From a virus: a stretch of 62,562 nt of DNA. The stretch lies in the UHGV virus genome UHGV-0106067; one strand, written 5' to 3'. Under the pieces are notes generated by a model. It saw only the letters and a list, made by a program, of their open reading frames with translations. It had not been told where the DNA came from and did not search any database. Positions 1 through 8,626 of this stretch are shown piece after piece; position 1 is the stretch's first letter; each line of letters starts with the position of its first letter. The position numbers and the translations under genes were made by a program.

Positions 1-266
1 TGTGTGTCTGTCATATCCGTCACCGGTGACTCCGGCTGAATATCACCATTTTCCGTGGTGACATCTTCCGCCTGTGGTTCCGGAAGCAGTTCCGGGGATG
101 GTTCCGGCTGTGCACCAAGCAATTCATCCAGAATTGAATCCACTTCTGCATCAAGACGCTCTTCCAGATTCTGGCGGAGTTTTTGTTTCAGGACGCTTCT
201 GACTTCTTCAGAGCGAATGACTTCCTTCACTGCCTCAGCAGTGACCAGTTGTTTTATATCTGTCAT
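1..266 (-). CDS. hypothetical acidic protein, 3' end truncated by window start (ATG at 266..264; 88 codons open to position 1)
   Basis: Manual translation of the minus strand gives MTDIKQLVTAEAVKEVIRSEEVRSVLKQKLRQNLEERLDAEVDSILDELLGAQPEPSPELLPEPQAEDVTTENGDIQPESPVTDMTDT with no stop. It is not in the ORF track because it runs off the window. Confidence 0.4.
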   Translation of the reverse strand, partial: MTDIKQLVTAEAVKEVIRSEEVRSVLKQKLRQNLEERLDAEVDSILDELLGAQPEPSPELLPEPQAEDVTTENGDIQPESPVTDMTDT

Positions 267-291
267 GAGATTTTCTCGTTGAAAGGGGTTA

Positions 292-486
292 TTAAGAAGG
301 TTGTTCCGGAATGAGTGGGGCTTCTGTTTTTGCTCCGGCTGACTGAGTGGCGCTGATTTTCTCAGCGGCCCTTTTGTCAATCTGTCTGCGCCAGAAGTCG
401 CGTACTGCCCTGTATCCACCTGAAAGAAGATACAACACACAGACCACCGTACAGAAGTACAGCATTAACTGGTTGATGAATGTCAT
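292..486 (-). CDS. small membrane protein (one predicted TM helix followed by a basic/charged tail)
   Basis: 64-aa ORF from the track. Hydrophobic N-terminal segment LMLYFCTVVCVLYLL. Lies between nanS-p and the lysis region. Confidence 0.35.
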   Translation of the reverse strand: MTFINQLMLYFCTVVCVLYLLSGGYRAVRDFWRRQIDKRAAEKISATQSAGAKTEAPLIPEQPS

Positions 487-627
487 GGTTTATTACCGTT
501 ACTGTTGACAATGAGAACTGTTTTCATTTAGAAATGATTGATGTCGAAAGCATCCTTTCGTTAGATTCTCCATTGGGATTACCTCCGCCAGTCTCCATTC
601 CTGTTGCTGGCGGTTTTTTTTCGTCTG

Positions 628-2601
628 TTATGCTGCTACGGCATTCACACCAACAGTAAGACTTTCAATCAGCACAGGGTAAGTTGCCGCATTTCCGGTA
701 ATATCCGTAATTGCCAGCGCGTTGGCCTCAAAGGCTGCATTCGTCCATCTGGTCAGCGTAAACGGTTTTCCTGCTGCATTATCAAGCACCGGCGTGACGT
801 TCAGCGAGCCACCACCCGGGAAGCGGAAAGTCAGCGTGTGCCAGTCGTGATCGAACGGACCATAACTACCAAGCCGCTGTGATGTGGTGTTTGCATGATA
901 CATCACATTGATGTTTGTTTTATCAGTCTGCAGATAGAAGGCCGCAATATAACCCTCCTCTGATTCCGCTCCCGGCCATCCACTACCGCGCCAGTAAATA
1001 CCCGCAGAATATTGATTTGCAGAAGCATTGAGAGATACATCATCGGGGATTTTAAAGCGCAGCGTGATTTCACCGCCGTTATCGAACAGCTCCTTCCCCT
1101 TACCGGCATCAATTGCGTGCGATACTTTCCAGGTCTTTTTCTGTGCAAGACCATTTTCTGGTTTTTCAAGACGAAGGGCTTTTTTACCTGAACCACTGTC
1201 ACTGACCAGCGTGTTTTTGACATCTGTCAGCGTCCAGCCCTGCGAAGCCAGAGCGGCATTTTCCGCATTCACATCATAAGCCAGCACTGACTGTATCTTT
1301 GTCGGGACAACGGCTTCAGGCTGAGTATCGCCACTCTCCTGTGCTGGTTGCGATACGCCTCCGCCTGAAGAAACCGCGGCTTTTGTCACTTTCCCGGAAA
1401 CAAAATCTGCCACTCTGCCCACATGCAGAAGAATGGCTGTTGCCAGACGGTCGGAAATAATTCCGCGACGCGCCCATGAACCAAAGTGGGTTTTACGATC
1501 GGATGTTGTCCAGCTCTTCGCATCCGTTCGTCCACCGGAACCATAATACCCGATAGCCGGAATATCCGGGTCTTCTGACGGTTCATTGGTCCCGACTTTC
1601 TGACCATTGTCATCCATCATAAACGGCACAAAGAAGATATTTTTACCGGCTTTGGTTTTGTATGCGCCATAGACGGCATCGTATTGCGCTGAATACGTCT
1701 CCTTCCAGTAGTACGTCGTGTCACCACAAATCCAGGGCACCAGAGAAGGAGAAGCACCAGCGCACTGACCGGATACTCCCGCCAGGTCAGAACGGTATTT
1801 TTCCACCATGGCATCAAACATGGCGGGCTGACTGGCGTACGCTCCCTGTTTTAAATCAAACTCGCCCTGCATCCAGACAACACAAAGCAGTATGTTTTTG
1901 GGGTTTGCCTTCAGCGCGACCTGAGTGCGTGTCAGCAGGTCTTTATACAACGGCTTATCAACGCCCCATCGTTCAGATTTATCCGACGCTCCTGAACTTT
2001 CACTGAACGTTCCGTCAGCACCGGCTGTAAACGCAGAGCCACCACGACAGCACGGCACTAACAAAATACCCGCATTTTCCGGCATAAAGGGCAACAGCTT
2101 TTTGGCAATATGCAATCCCTGTCCGACACACCCATACTGCTCTGCGCTGGCTTTCGGATGAGAAAAACGGCTCAAATCCTGCACATCATGCAGGCAGTGG
2201 TCCGCCGGAATGATGTCGTTATATGCACAGGCCGCACCACCCGGTGTCACCGTACTGCGACGCGCCAGCTGTTTAATACGCGGGTCCGGACGGTCATATG
2301 TCTCCGGCAGCGGCAGGCCTTCACCATACGCCATGCCGTTTGACTGTCCGGCCAGCGCAATGACAAAGTAATATTCTGGTTCAACAACAACAGTCCGGGT
2401 ACCATCTCCCCCCGGTGAAACTACCGGAGAGGTCATATCCCCTTCAGCGACTATAGCCTGGATAAATTCAGCACCATAACCCGCGTTTGAGATAATCGGA
2501 CTACCATAGGGTTGCCAGCCTTCCTTCAGTTTTTGCGTCAGTTTTCCTGCGAGGTCTGACGGCGATGATGCCCTGACCACATCATAATGTTTAAATGCCA
2601 T
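628..2601 (-). CDS. nanS-p: NanS-p-like 9-O-acetyl-N-acetylneuraminate esterase (SGNH hydrolase) with N-terminal DUF1737 domain
   Basis: 657 aa. N-terminus MAFKHYDVVRASSPSDLAGKLTQKLKEGWQPYG is typical of prophage DUF1737. The GQSN block (IALAGQSNGMAYGEG) matches the sialate O-acetylesterase found downstream of stx in Stx phages. Confidence 0.8.
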   Translation of the reverse strand: MAFKHYDVVRASSPSDLAGKLTQKLKEGWQPYGSPIISNAGYGAEFIQAIVAEGDMTSPVVSPGGDGTRTVVVEPEYYFVIALAGQSNGMAYGEGLPLPETYDRPDPRIKQLARRSTVTPGGAACAYNDIIPADHCLHDVQDLSRFSHPKASAEQYGCVGQGLHIAKKLLPFMPENAGILLVPCCRGGSAFTAGADGTFSESSGASDKSERWGVDKPLYKDLLTRTQVALKANPKNILLCVVWMQGEFDLKQGAYASQPAMFDAMVEKYRSDLAGVSGQCAGASPSLVPWICGDTTYYWKETYSAQYDAVYGAYKTKAGKNIFFVPFMMDDNGQKVGTNEPSEDPDIPAIGYYGSGGRTDAKSWTTSDRKTHFGSWARRGIISDRLATAILLHVGRVADFVSGKVTKAAVSSGGGVSQPAQESGDTQPEAVVPTKIQSVLAYDVNAENAALASQGWTLTDVKNTLVSDSGSGKKALRLEKPENGLAQKKTWKVSHAIDAGKGKELFDNGGEITLRFKIPDDVSLNASANQYSAGIYWRGSGWPGAESEEGYIAAFYLQTDKTNINVMYHANTTSQRLGSYGPFDHDWHTLTFRFPGGGSLNVTPVLDNAAGKPFTLTRWTNAAFEANALAITDITGNAATYPVLIESLTVGVNAVAA

Positions 2602-2774
2602 GAATCCTCCCGGCCGGGATAGTGGGTTGAATCAGATAAGGACTGACTGAAGTCTGAAAATACAAAAGACAACTGCCAGTAAAAACGAAAAGGCCGCGCA
2701 GTTGCGCAGTCTCATCACCATCGGGTATTATTCACACGGTGAATAATCGAAACTCACTTTCTTTGTTTTATTCC

Positions 2775-2808
2775 TTGCCGCTCGCGCCTCCCGGCGCGGG
2801 CTTTTTTT
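2775..2808 (+). terminator. hairpin (cgcgcc-tcc-ggcgcg) followed by a T7 run; terminator-like on the plus strand
   Basis: Sequence gccgctcgcgcctcccggcgcgggcttttttt read directly. Confidence 0.35.
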
Positions 2809-2815
2809 GCATGTA

Positions 2816-2846
2816 AAAAGGCCCCTGCGATGAGGGGCCTGAGAGT
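2816..2846 (-). terminator. hairpin (ggcccct-gcgatg-aggggcc) followed by a T run on the minus strand; candidate terminator of the RM operon
   Basis: Minus strand reads caggcccctcatcgcaggggccttttt. Confidence 0.35.
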
Positions 2847-3211
2847 ATTACCTGGTTTCAGTTAACTGCATAGTGCCGGGTGCCTCCCGGTGAGTTCAGC
2901 CCGGTGCCACCGAACCCGCGTCTTTCACATTGCCTGTGACATTAAAAATGCCAGCCCGCACCAGCCGCCCCGCCGCTGAGGGGGATTCACCATGCGTTGC
3001 GATTTTTAACAAATTCACCGCCAGCCAGACAATCATCAACTTGCTGAATTGTGAGGTATTTAAAAATTTCCCCGATTAACTGATACCCTGCTAACCACCT
3101 GTTGTTTTCTTTTTCAGCAACAAAAAAGCCCGCTCATCGGCGGATTCGGCTGCGTGGCAATGTAACCATTCTTATCATGATATGAGGATTTTTACGATTG
3201 TAAAATGTTTT

Positions 3212-4306
3212 TTAACTGACACCAGAATCATCATAACCGCGACTTGTTATAGCTTGCCTGTATGCGTTCATTTTGCGTTCTGCGTACTGGACAACATCTT
3301 TAATGACAAGCTTATGAACAACTGAAATAAGGTCATTTATATAACAAAAGTCAGGTGACTTATTTTTCACTGGCAACCAAATAACATCGTTCTTAATTTT
3401 TCTATTACTAACACTATCCCCCCATGAATATTTATGTGAAATAGACCTATAAATACATGAAATAATGCCCAAATAAGCAAACTTTGTCCTTCCATCCTCA
3501 TTGTTAACATAGAGTCGCAAATTATGACTGTCGTTTGAAAAAAAGTCTCGCTCCTGATAAGTTACAACGAATGTCTTACCACCAATAAAAATACAGTTCC
3601 CTTTTTCCAAGAGTGAGTCATCATAGGCGATATAAGAACTAACAGAGTTATTATCACGGCTAGCACAAAGATAAGGAACATCCCCACTATTTTCTATGAT
3701 GTCTCTAGACAATATGTTTCCTGTATTGCACACTGAGAATAACTCAGTAACAGGAAAGCCTGAAAATTCAATATTTTTAAAATGTTCCAGGATAAGATAA
3801 TCTTTTTCCGTTAGTTGGTAATCACTCAGCCCAGCAGCTATCAGGTATGCTTCCAGCTCTTCTATATGGGCCGCTTCCAGCTCTTCTATATAATTATCCA
3901 TAAAAAACCAGTCAATTTCATTATTTTTCACTGGTAATGAGATGAAATATTCTCCATCTCTGAGTTTGGAACTCGATAACTGTTGACCATAATTAAAACG
4001 CCCCTTTAAAGCTTTATTAATCATACTGGCAACATACAGTCCGCGCTTTGCATTAAAGTCGGACTTACTTGATTTTAATGTAAGAACATGCACCTTCATT
4101 TCTACGCTGGCACAATAAGGATGATAAAAAGCATCTCCAAAAAAATTAACGCTTATAAAATTTTCATAATGTCTTGCATCATCCATAAACTCGGTATCAA
4201 ACTCTCCGATGATACCGTTTTGATCGCTCTTTGCTGAAACACGTTTGATTTTGCCTGGTTTTAATCTTCCTGAGGAGATAAGCGAGCCTGTGCTCACATA
4301 GAACAA
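3212..4306 (-). CDS. restriction-modification specificity subunit (HsdS/BcgI-B-like, two target-recognition-domain-like halves)
   Basis: 364 aa immediately downstream of the MTase-nuclease gene. Internal duplicated EELEA segment. TRD-like blocks. Size close to BcgI B (about 340 aa). Confidence 0.55.
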   Translation of the reverse strand: MFYVSTGSLISSGRLKPGKIKRVSAKSDQNGIIGEFDTEFMDDARHYENFISVNFFGDAFYHPYCASVEMKVHVLTLKSSKSDFNAKRGLYVASMINKALKGRFNYGQQLSSSKLRDGEYFISLPVKNNEIDWFFMDNYIEELEAAHIEELEAYLIAAGLSDYQLTEKDYLILEHFKNIEFSGFPVTELFSVCNTGNILSRDIIENSGDVPYLCASRDNNSVSSYIAYDDSLLEKGNCIFIGGKTFVVTYQERDFFSNDSHNLRLYVNNEDGRTKFAYLGIISCIYRSISHKYSWGDSVSNRKIKNDVIWLPVKNKSPDFCYINDLISVVHKLVIKDVVQYAERKMNAYRQAITSRGYDDSGVS

Positions 4307-4365
4307 ATCGCCAATCCTGAACTCTCCCCACTCAACGCTTCTTAATTTATCGCTGAGCGGGGAAT

Positions 4366-6327
4366 TTACTTTCCCGCAAAATTGTTTTCACCTTGTTTTT
4401 TCAGTAATTGCGAGACCTCCCATGCAAGGTAATCACCTACCGTCTTTTTGAAATCCTCCAGCGTTGGCCTAGCATCTACTGGCCTGGTCTGATTCCAGTC
4501 CTCACCACTATCAGGATCGATTGTTCCCTCAAAATATTCATCCTCCGTAAAGATATTAAGGCAACCTTTCCCGAAGTGAACCAGATCCACAACCTCCTGA
4601 TAACGCTCTTTTGCACGATCGGCATCAACAAGATTGTTTCTTGCCTTTTTGCGATTAGAGCGAGCGTAGCCGTCATTGGAAAAGTCGATAAACTTAACAG
4701 CCTGTTTCGCGTTATGCGGAATTTTTACCTGAAAAACGTAAATGTACGTCTGAACGCTTGATTTACCAATAAACAGATCCGCAGGCATTTTGATGCTTGC
4801 CAGCAAGGTATTTTCCTTGAGTATTTTTTTGTTGTACTCCGTAGCCTTTCCTGTGCCAGCTGAACTCTGGATAATCACTGCAGCATAGCCTTTATCCATC
4901 ATCGACAGCGCCTTCTGCACGAAAATCATGCCGTTACCTTTAGCTGAATACGGAGGATTGAGAATAAATGCGTCCGCAGGGAATTTTTCTCCTGTTTTCC
5001 CAAATCCATACTTGCCGTCAAAATCGGCCAGCGAGTCTTTATTGAGGATATTCGAGCTACCATCCCCCATCAAAATCATATTCAGGATGGCCAGCATATA
5101 AATACTGGATAACACCTCAAGGCCAAGAAGCTGTTCAGCCTTGATTTGCGCTTCCTTAAGTTGTAGTTCGTTCGGTGAGTGAATATTTTCTCTGGCGTCA
5201 ATGAGCATTTCATTCATTGCAGCCACAAGCAATCCCGCAGAACCTGTAGCAAAATCCCACACATAGGAATCTTTGTTTACTCTGGCGAGTCGTGCCAGCA
5301 ATGTGGCAACATAAGGTGGTGTCAGAACGACGTCATTGAGCTTGTCCTGCGTAAATCCAAGCCAGCGATACATCTCATTAAACAGTTTGCCCGTAAAATC
5401 GGTGGTCAGTCCAATTTTGTAATACTCCCCAAGATCATCAACAACTTTAACAAACACGCGCTTTAACTGGCTTTCACCGTTGACTGGTTTGTTAATGTTT
5501 TCAGTCCACAGCGTATTTTGCAACGAGCGCAAAATCATTTCTCTTTTTGTTTCAGGAACAGCTTTCAGCCTTAAAAAGTTCCTTATTTTCCTGAAAATAA
5601 TATCACCATCACGCAAGTCCTCCTCCGTTGAAGAGGTCAGTTCTTTTTTATCCAGCGGTGCTAACTTTCCCGGAATCCCCAACGTTGCAATAACGGTAGC
5701 CACAACAAGGTAAACACGATCGCTTTCACCAAGCCCCTTTTCATTCTGGTAAATATCGTTATTCAGACGGGAAAGTCGCGTGTCTATCTCTTCCTCTTTG
5801 CTGGCCTTGATTTTTTCCAGTTCTTCGGGAGGAAGATTAAGCAGCTTTATCTTGTTGAGAAATCCATCAACATTTTTGTCAGCAAGGAACGATAAGTCGG
5901 TGAATTCACCAACCTTCTGTCCGGCTCCTAAATTATTCTTTGATACGTACCACACGCCGATTTCATGATGCAGTTCGCCTGTACCATCATCGCGCCAGCC
6001 GGTCATACCAATAGCAATAATATCAGGGTAATTGGTGAACTGAAGAAGTGCGTTGGCATAATGGACTGCGCCATTCACCGCGTATCCATTAATATTTTTA
6101 AAATTCCATTCTTTTCTGGCATCTTTGTTCTCAATAATACCGTTGCTGCCAAGTCTGATAAGCCTGTCCTTGTAGCCTTTATACTCGATGAGAACGGGAT
6201 ACTGCTTGCCGTATTTGTCCTTAACAAGGAGTTTTACGTCGGGACGATTACCGCCTGCGCCGCCATTTTTCGAAAAATAAGCGTCCAGTGCGTTATCGAT
6301 CTCTCCGTTAAGTGATGCATTCTGCAA
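4366..6327 (-). CDS. BcgI-A-like type IIB restriction-modification enzyme: N-terminal PD-(D/E)xK nuclease motif (RPD...17 aa...EYK) fused to a gamma-class N6-adenine DNA methyltransferase (motif X VVLTPPYVATLL, motif I DFATGSAG, motif IV NPPY)
   Basis: 653 aa. Motif order X-I-IV is typical of HsdM/BcgIA-type gamma MTases. No HsdR-like helicase nearby. The track start at 6327 is a TTG. The frame stays open upstream to 6466, and an out-of-frame ATG with SD sits at 6461 (see repeat). Confidence 0.7.
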   Translation of the reverse strand: MQNASLNGEIDNALDAYFSKNGGAGGNRPDVKLLVKDKYGKQYPVLIEYKGYKDRLIRLGSNGIIENKDARKEWNFKNINGYAVNGAVHYANALLQFTNYPDIIAIGMTGWRDDGTGELHHEIGVWYVSKNNLGAGQKVGEFTDLSFLADKNVDGFLNKIKLLNLPPEELEKIKASKEEEIDTRLSRLNNDIYQNEKGLGESDRVYLVVATVIATLGIPGKLAPLDKKELTSSTEEDLRDGDIIFRKIRNFLRLKAVPETKREMILRSLQNTLWTENINKPVNGESQLKRVFVKVVDDLGEYYKIGLTTDFTGKLFNEMYRWLGFTQDKLNDVVLTPPYVATLLARLARVNKDSYVWDFATGSAGLLVAAMNEMLIDARENIHSPNELQLKEAQIKAEQLLGLEVLSSIYMLAILNMILMGDGSSNILNKDSLADFDGKYGFGKTGEKFPADAFILNPPYSAKGNGMIFVQKALSMMDKGYAAVIIQSSAGTGKATEYNKKILKENTLLASIKMPADLFIGKSSVQTYIYVFQVKIPHNAKQAVKFIDFSNDGYARSNRKKARNNLVDADRAKERYQEVVDLVHFGKGCLNIFTEDEYFEGTIDPDSGEDWNQTRPVDARPTLEDFKKTVGDYLAWEVSQLLKKQGENNFAGK

Positions 6328-6417
6328 CTTGTAATCAAGCCTGTAAGATTTAAGCCATGAGTTCGCCAGTTCGGTAATTTCCGGCTCAACAGATTTTACA
6401 GACTTTCTTGATTTACT

Positions 6418-6452
6418 GCTGGTCGCTGGTCGCTGGTCGCTGGTCGCTGGTC
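6418..6452. repeat. perfect heptanucleotide tandem repeat (GCTGGTC)x5 (GACCAGC on the coding strand) between the upstream ATG and the RM A-subunit frame
   Basis: Read directly: gctggtc gctggtc gctggtc gctggtc gctggtc. A 7-nt unit gives a +1 frameshift per unit. Confidence 0.9.
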
Positions 6453-6635
6453 TGGCAGCATAAAATCATCCTTTTATGAAAATCAACGATTTTTGAGCAC
6501 TCGCACACAAAAAATTACCGCATTGGTTGCAACGACAACCTGCATTTTGCGGAGCATATGACAAATAAAGTACGGGTGCGTTGAGGATGCCAGACACATC
6601 AGAGGTGGCGGGAGATTACTCCCCTGCCTGGTCTC

Positions 6636-6791
6636 TTACTTCTCAGATTCGTAGTCTACGAAGACAGCGACCTCCGTCTGGCCGGTTCGGATTCGTACCT
6701 CGCAGAAGTCTTTCCTCGTTACCAGTGCTATCACTACGACGGTAATACAGATGACGATCAGGGCGATTAACATCGCCTTTTGCTGCTTCAT
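6636..6791 (-). CDS. hok: Hok/Gef-family type I toxin (51 aa)
   Basis: Manual translation MKQQKAMLIALIVICITVVVIALVTRKDFCEVRIRTGQTEVAVFVDYESEK is near-identical to HokD/RelF. SD AAGGAG lies 8 nt upstream. Below the 60-aa track cutoff. Confidence 0.85.
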   Translation of the reverse strand: MKQQKAMLIALIVICITVVVIALVTRKDFCEVRIRTGQTEVAVFVDYESEK

Positions 6792-6794
6792 AGC

Positions 6795-6848
6795 CTACTT
6801 CTCCTTGCCTTTCGGCACGTAAGAGGCTAACCTAAGTTTGTAAGTCAT
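6795..6848 (-). CDS. mok-like 17-aa leader ORF ending 3 nt before the hok ATG (translational coupling)
   Basis: ATG ACT TAC AAA CTT AGG TTA GCC TCT TAC GTG CCG AAA GGC AAG GAG AAG TAG. Contains the hok SD. Confidence 0.4.
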   Translation of the reverse strand: MTYKLRLASYVPKGKEK

Positions 6849-6959
6849 AGATTTGGCCTCAGATTAATGTTAAGCGTCCTGCAAGACGCGTAATGTTAAC
6901 TGGGGCTTTTCTCTGTCTGCCTTACGGCTGCATGCCCGAGGCAGACAGCCTCAAGCACC

Positions 6960-6994
6960 CGCAGCTATTCTACAGTAAAAACTCGCGCTTTCAA
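6960..6994 (-). promoter_or_regulatory. sigma70 promoter TTGAAA-N16-TAGAAT immediately downstream of Q (pR'-like late promoter / hok promoter); the -35 element overlaps the Q stop codon
   Basis: Minus strand ttgaaagcgcgagtttttactgtagaat read directly. Confidence 0.5.
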
Positions 6995-7416
6995 TTTCCC
7001 GCACGTCCGGCAAACTGACTGGCCTGTGATCCTGATGGTTCACGCTCAACGTACCTGTCCATTTCCAGCTTTACTCCCTGCATGATCAACATCCCCTCAA
7101 TAACACCTTCTGCTTTTTGCAGTACCCGCCCGGCCCAGCAATCAGAGCGCCCATGCTTACGGCCCAGTGACATAAGCGTCATCCCGAACACATAATAATC
7201 ATACAGAAAATCATGCAAATCGCTGTTGTTGACGTTCAGTTGCGCCATGCAATTGCTGATAATCAGCGCATCGTCATCGGTACACTGAGGCCGTGATTTA
7301 ACCTTTGACGGGATCAGCCCCTTAAATCCGGCGGCAATGGGCGACCAGCTCACATCCTCATGATTATTGGCCACCCATGCGCCCCAGCGTTCAAGCACCT
7401 GCTGAATATCACGCAT
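6991..7416 (-). CDS. Q: late-gene antiterminator Q (933W/H-19B class)
   Basis: From the internal Met, [34 protein letters not shown]... matches the 144-aa Q of 933W-type phages. The track ORF start at 7521 overlaps ninH and is probably not used. Confidence 0.75.
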   Translation of the reverse strand: MRDIQQVLERWGAWVANNHEDVSWSPIAAGFKGLIPSKVKSRPQCTDDDALIISNCMAQLNVNNSDLHDFLYDYYVFGMTLMSLGRKHGRSDCWAGRVLQKAEGVIEGMLIMQGVKLEMDRYVEREPSGSQASQFAGRAGN

Positions 7417-7609
7417 CAGAGTCTTTACCCTTATCCCATCCACGATGGACCATAAGGACACCGTTGACGACGGCGTGCCGTTTGCCTTCTTTATCGCCAA
7501 TATATTTTCTGACCGTGGCACGATTACAGTTCAGTATTCGGGCCACCTCGGTCTGATTTCCATATGCCTCAACAAGCATGTCAGGAATGATTTTTACGGT
7601 GAACGTCAT
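7409..7609 (-). CDS. ninH: NinH
   Basis: [40 protein letters not shown] is near-identical to lambda NinH. Confidence 0.8.
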   Translation of the reverse strand: MTFTVKIIPDMLVEAYGNQTEVARILNCNRATVRKYIGDKEGKRHAVVNGVLMVHRGWDKGKDSDA

Positions 7610-8175
7610 GCGGCCTCACTTCTGCTGTTTCGCAGGCCTTTAAATTTCTGTTGATACTCTGCCTTGATCGCCTTGCACTCTTCGACAGTCCAGCGGTGGC
7701 GACTATGGTTTGATTCGATTTCGTCTACTGCTTCCTGCCCGATGCGGTTAATCAGTTCGACGCGATACGGAACGAGATTTCCGCTTTTGTATTGGTTACA
7801 CACCACGCATTGCTTATGGATATTGCGTTCATCAAATCTGAGCTGAGGTGCCGCAGCTGTTGTACGGTAATGGCCAGCATCCCACTGGGCTGAATCTAAC
7901 GTCCCGCATGAAACACACGGCAAATGACGGTCCCGCTCCCTGATATAAGCATTCACAGCCTGTTGTGCCTGCTTAATCCAGTAACTGCGGGGCTGTAAGT
8001 CCCTCCTGCGCGCTTTCAGCTTGTCTGCCTGCTCTTTTGCTGAAGTTATCGCCTTTTCTTTTCTGACCAGTTCCAGTGCGCACTGACCACAGCAAACTTT
8101 CTGATATGAGCGGAACGGCACAAACGAGGAGCCGCACACTTTGCATTTTTTGGGTTTACGTTGCTTCATCATCAC
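7606..8175 (-). CDS. ninG: NinG (Rap-like recombination protein, Cys-rich)
   Basis: 189 aa with CKVCG...CCGQC and C..C motifs. Position in the nin region upstream of ninH. Confidence 0.75.
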   Translation of the reverse strand: MMMKQRKPKKCKVCGSSFVPFRSYQKVCCGQCALELVRKEKAITSAKEQADKLKARRRDLQPRSYWIKQAQQAVNAYIRERDRHLPCVSCGTLDSAQWDAGHYRTTAAAPQLRFDERNIHKQCVVCNQYKSGNLVPYRVELINRIGQEAVDEIESNHSRHRWTVEECKAIKAEYQQKFKGLRNSRSEAA

Positions 8176-8176
8176 C

Positions 8177-8626
8177 TCAGAAAAACGACAGCAGGCGGTT
8201 ATTCAGTTCAGGGCTGTTTGAGCGCCCAAACACATGCTTTAACGCGGCATTAATTATTGCGTTGTAGCAACGTTCAAACTCATCCTGATCCATATTCGCG
8301 TAACTCAGGCTTTTTGCCCGATATCTCACCTCGCCTCTTATGGTTGTGACCACATCATAGAACCCGGCAAGAATTGTCAGATTTTTACGAAACTCATCAA
8401 ACTGCGTCGCTTCATCAGAGAATTCGTATCCAGCATGTTCAGCGCACCAGTACTGAAAGCAGAAATTAAGAAAAGCGAACATCTTCCGGTGAAAAGATGG
8501 GTTACGGGTAAGTTTTGCTTCCAGTGTATACAGCTCACCGTTTTTAAATTTTGCCAGTCGGGGTAAATCGCGCTCATACGCCGGTACAAATACGCCATTA
8601 GCCGCCTTGATCATCTCTATTTCCAT
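8177..8626 (-). CDS. DUF1367-like phage early protein
   Basis: 149-aa ORF between primase and ninG. Recognised as a lambdoid nin-region family. No catalytic motif seen. Confidence 0.45.
   Translation of the reverse strand: MEIEMIKAANGVFVPAYERDLPRLAKFKNGELYTLEAKLTRNPSFHRKMFAFLNFCFQYWCAEHAGYEFSDEATQFDEFRKNLTILAGFYDVVTTIRGEVRYRAKSLSYANMDQDEFERCYNAIINAALKHVFGRSNSPELNNRLLSFF

Noticed and set aside
55..282. 75-aa plus-strand ORF rich in Ser/Gly/Cys
   Set aside because: Low-complexity reading antisense to the convincing minus-strand ORF (1..266).
604..2343. ORFs 604..882, 903..1223, 1028..1279, 1386..1613, 1617..1817, 1662..2006, 1925..2161, 2110..2343
   Set aside because: Embedded in or antisense to nanS-p (628..2601), which has clear family signatures.
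6418..6452. Possible CRISPR-like or iteron array
   Set aside because: Units are 7 bp and perfectly contiguous with no spacers. This is a simple-sequence repeat, not a CRISPR array.
2601..6991. Shiga toxin genes and tRNA genes expected between Q and nanS-p in 933W-like phages
   Set aside because: No stxA/stxB-like ORFs and no tRNA-like cloverleaf or T-arm (GGTTCGANTCC) motifs were recognised by eye. A tRNAscan run would be needed to be certain about tRNAs.
7445..8267. Plus-strand ORFs 7445..7654, 7664..7846, 8076..8267 in the nin region
   Set aside because: Antisense to ninH/ninG/Q, which are near-identical to known lambda proteins.
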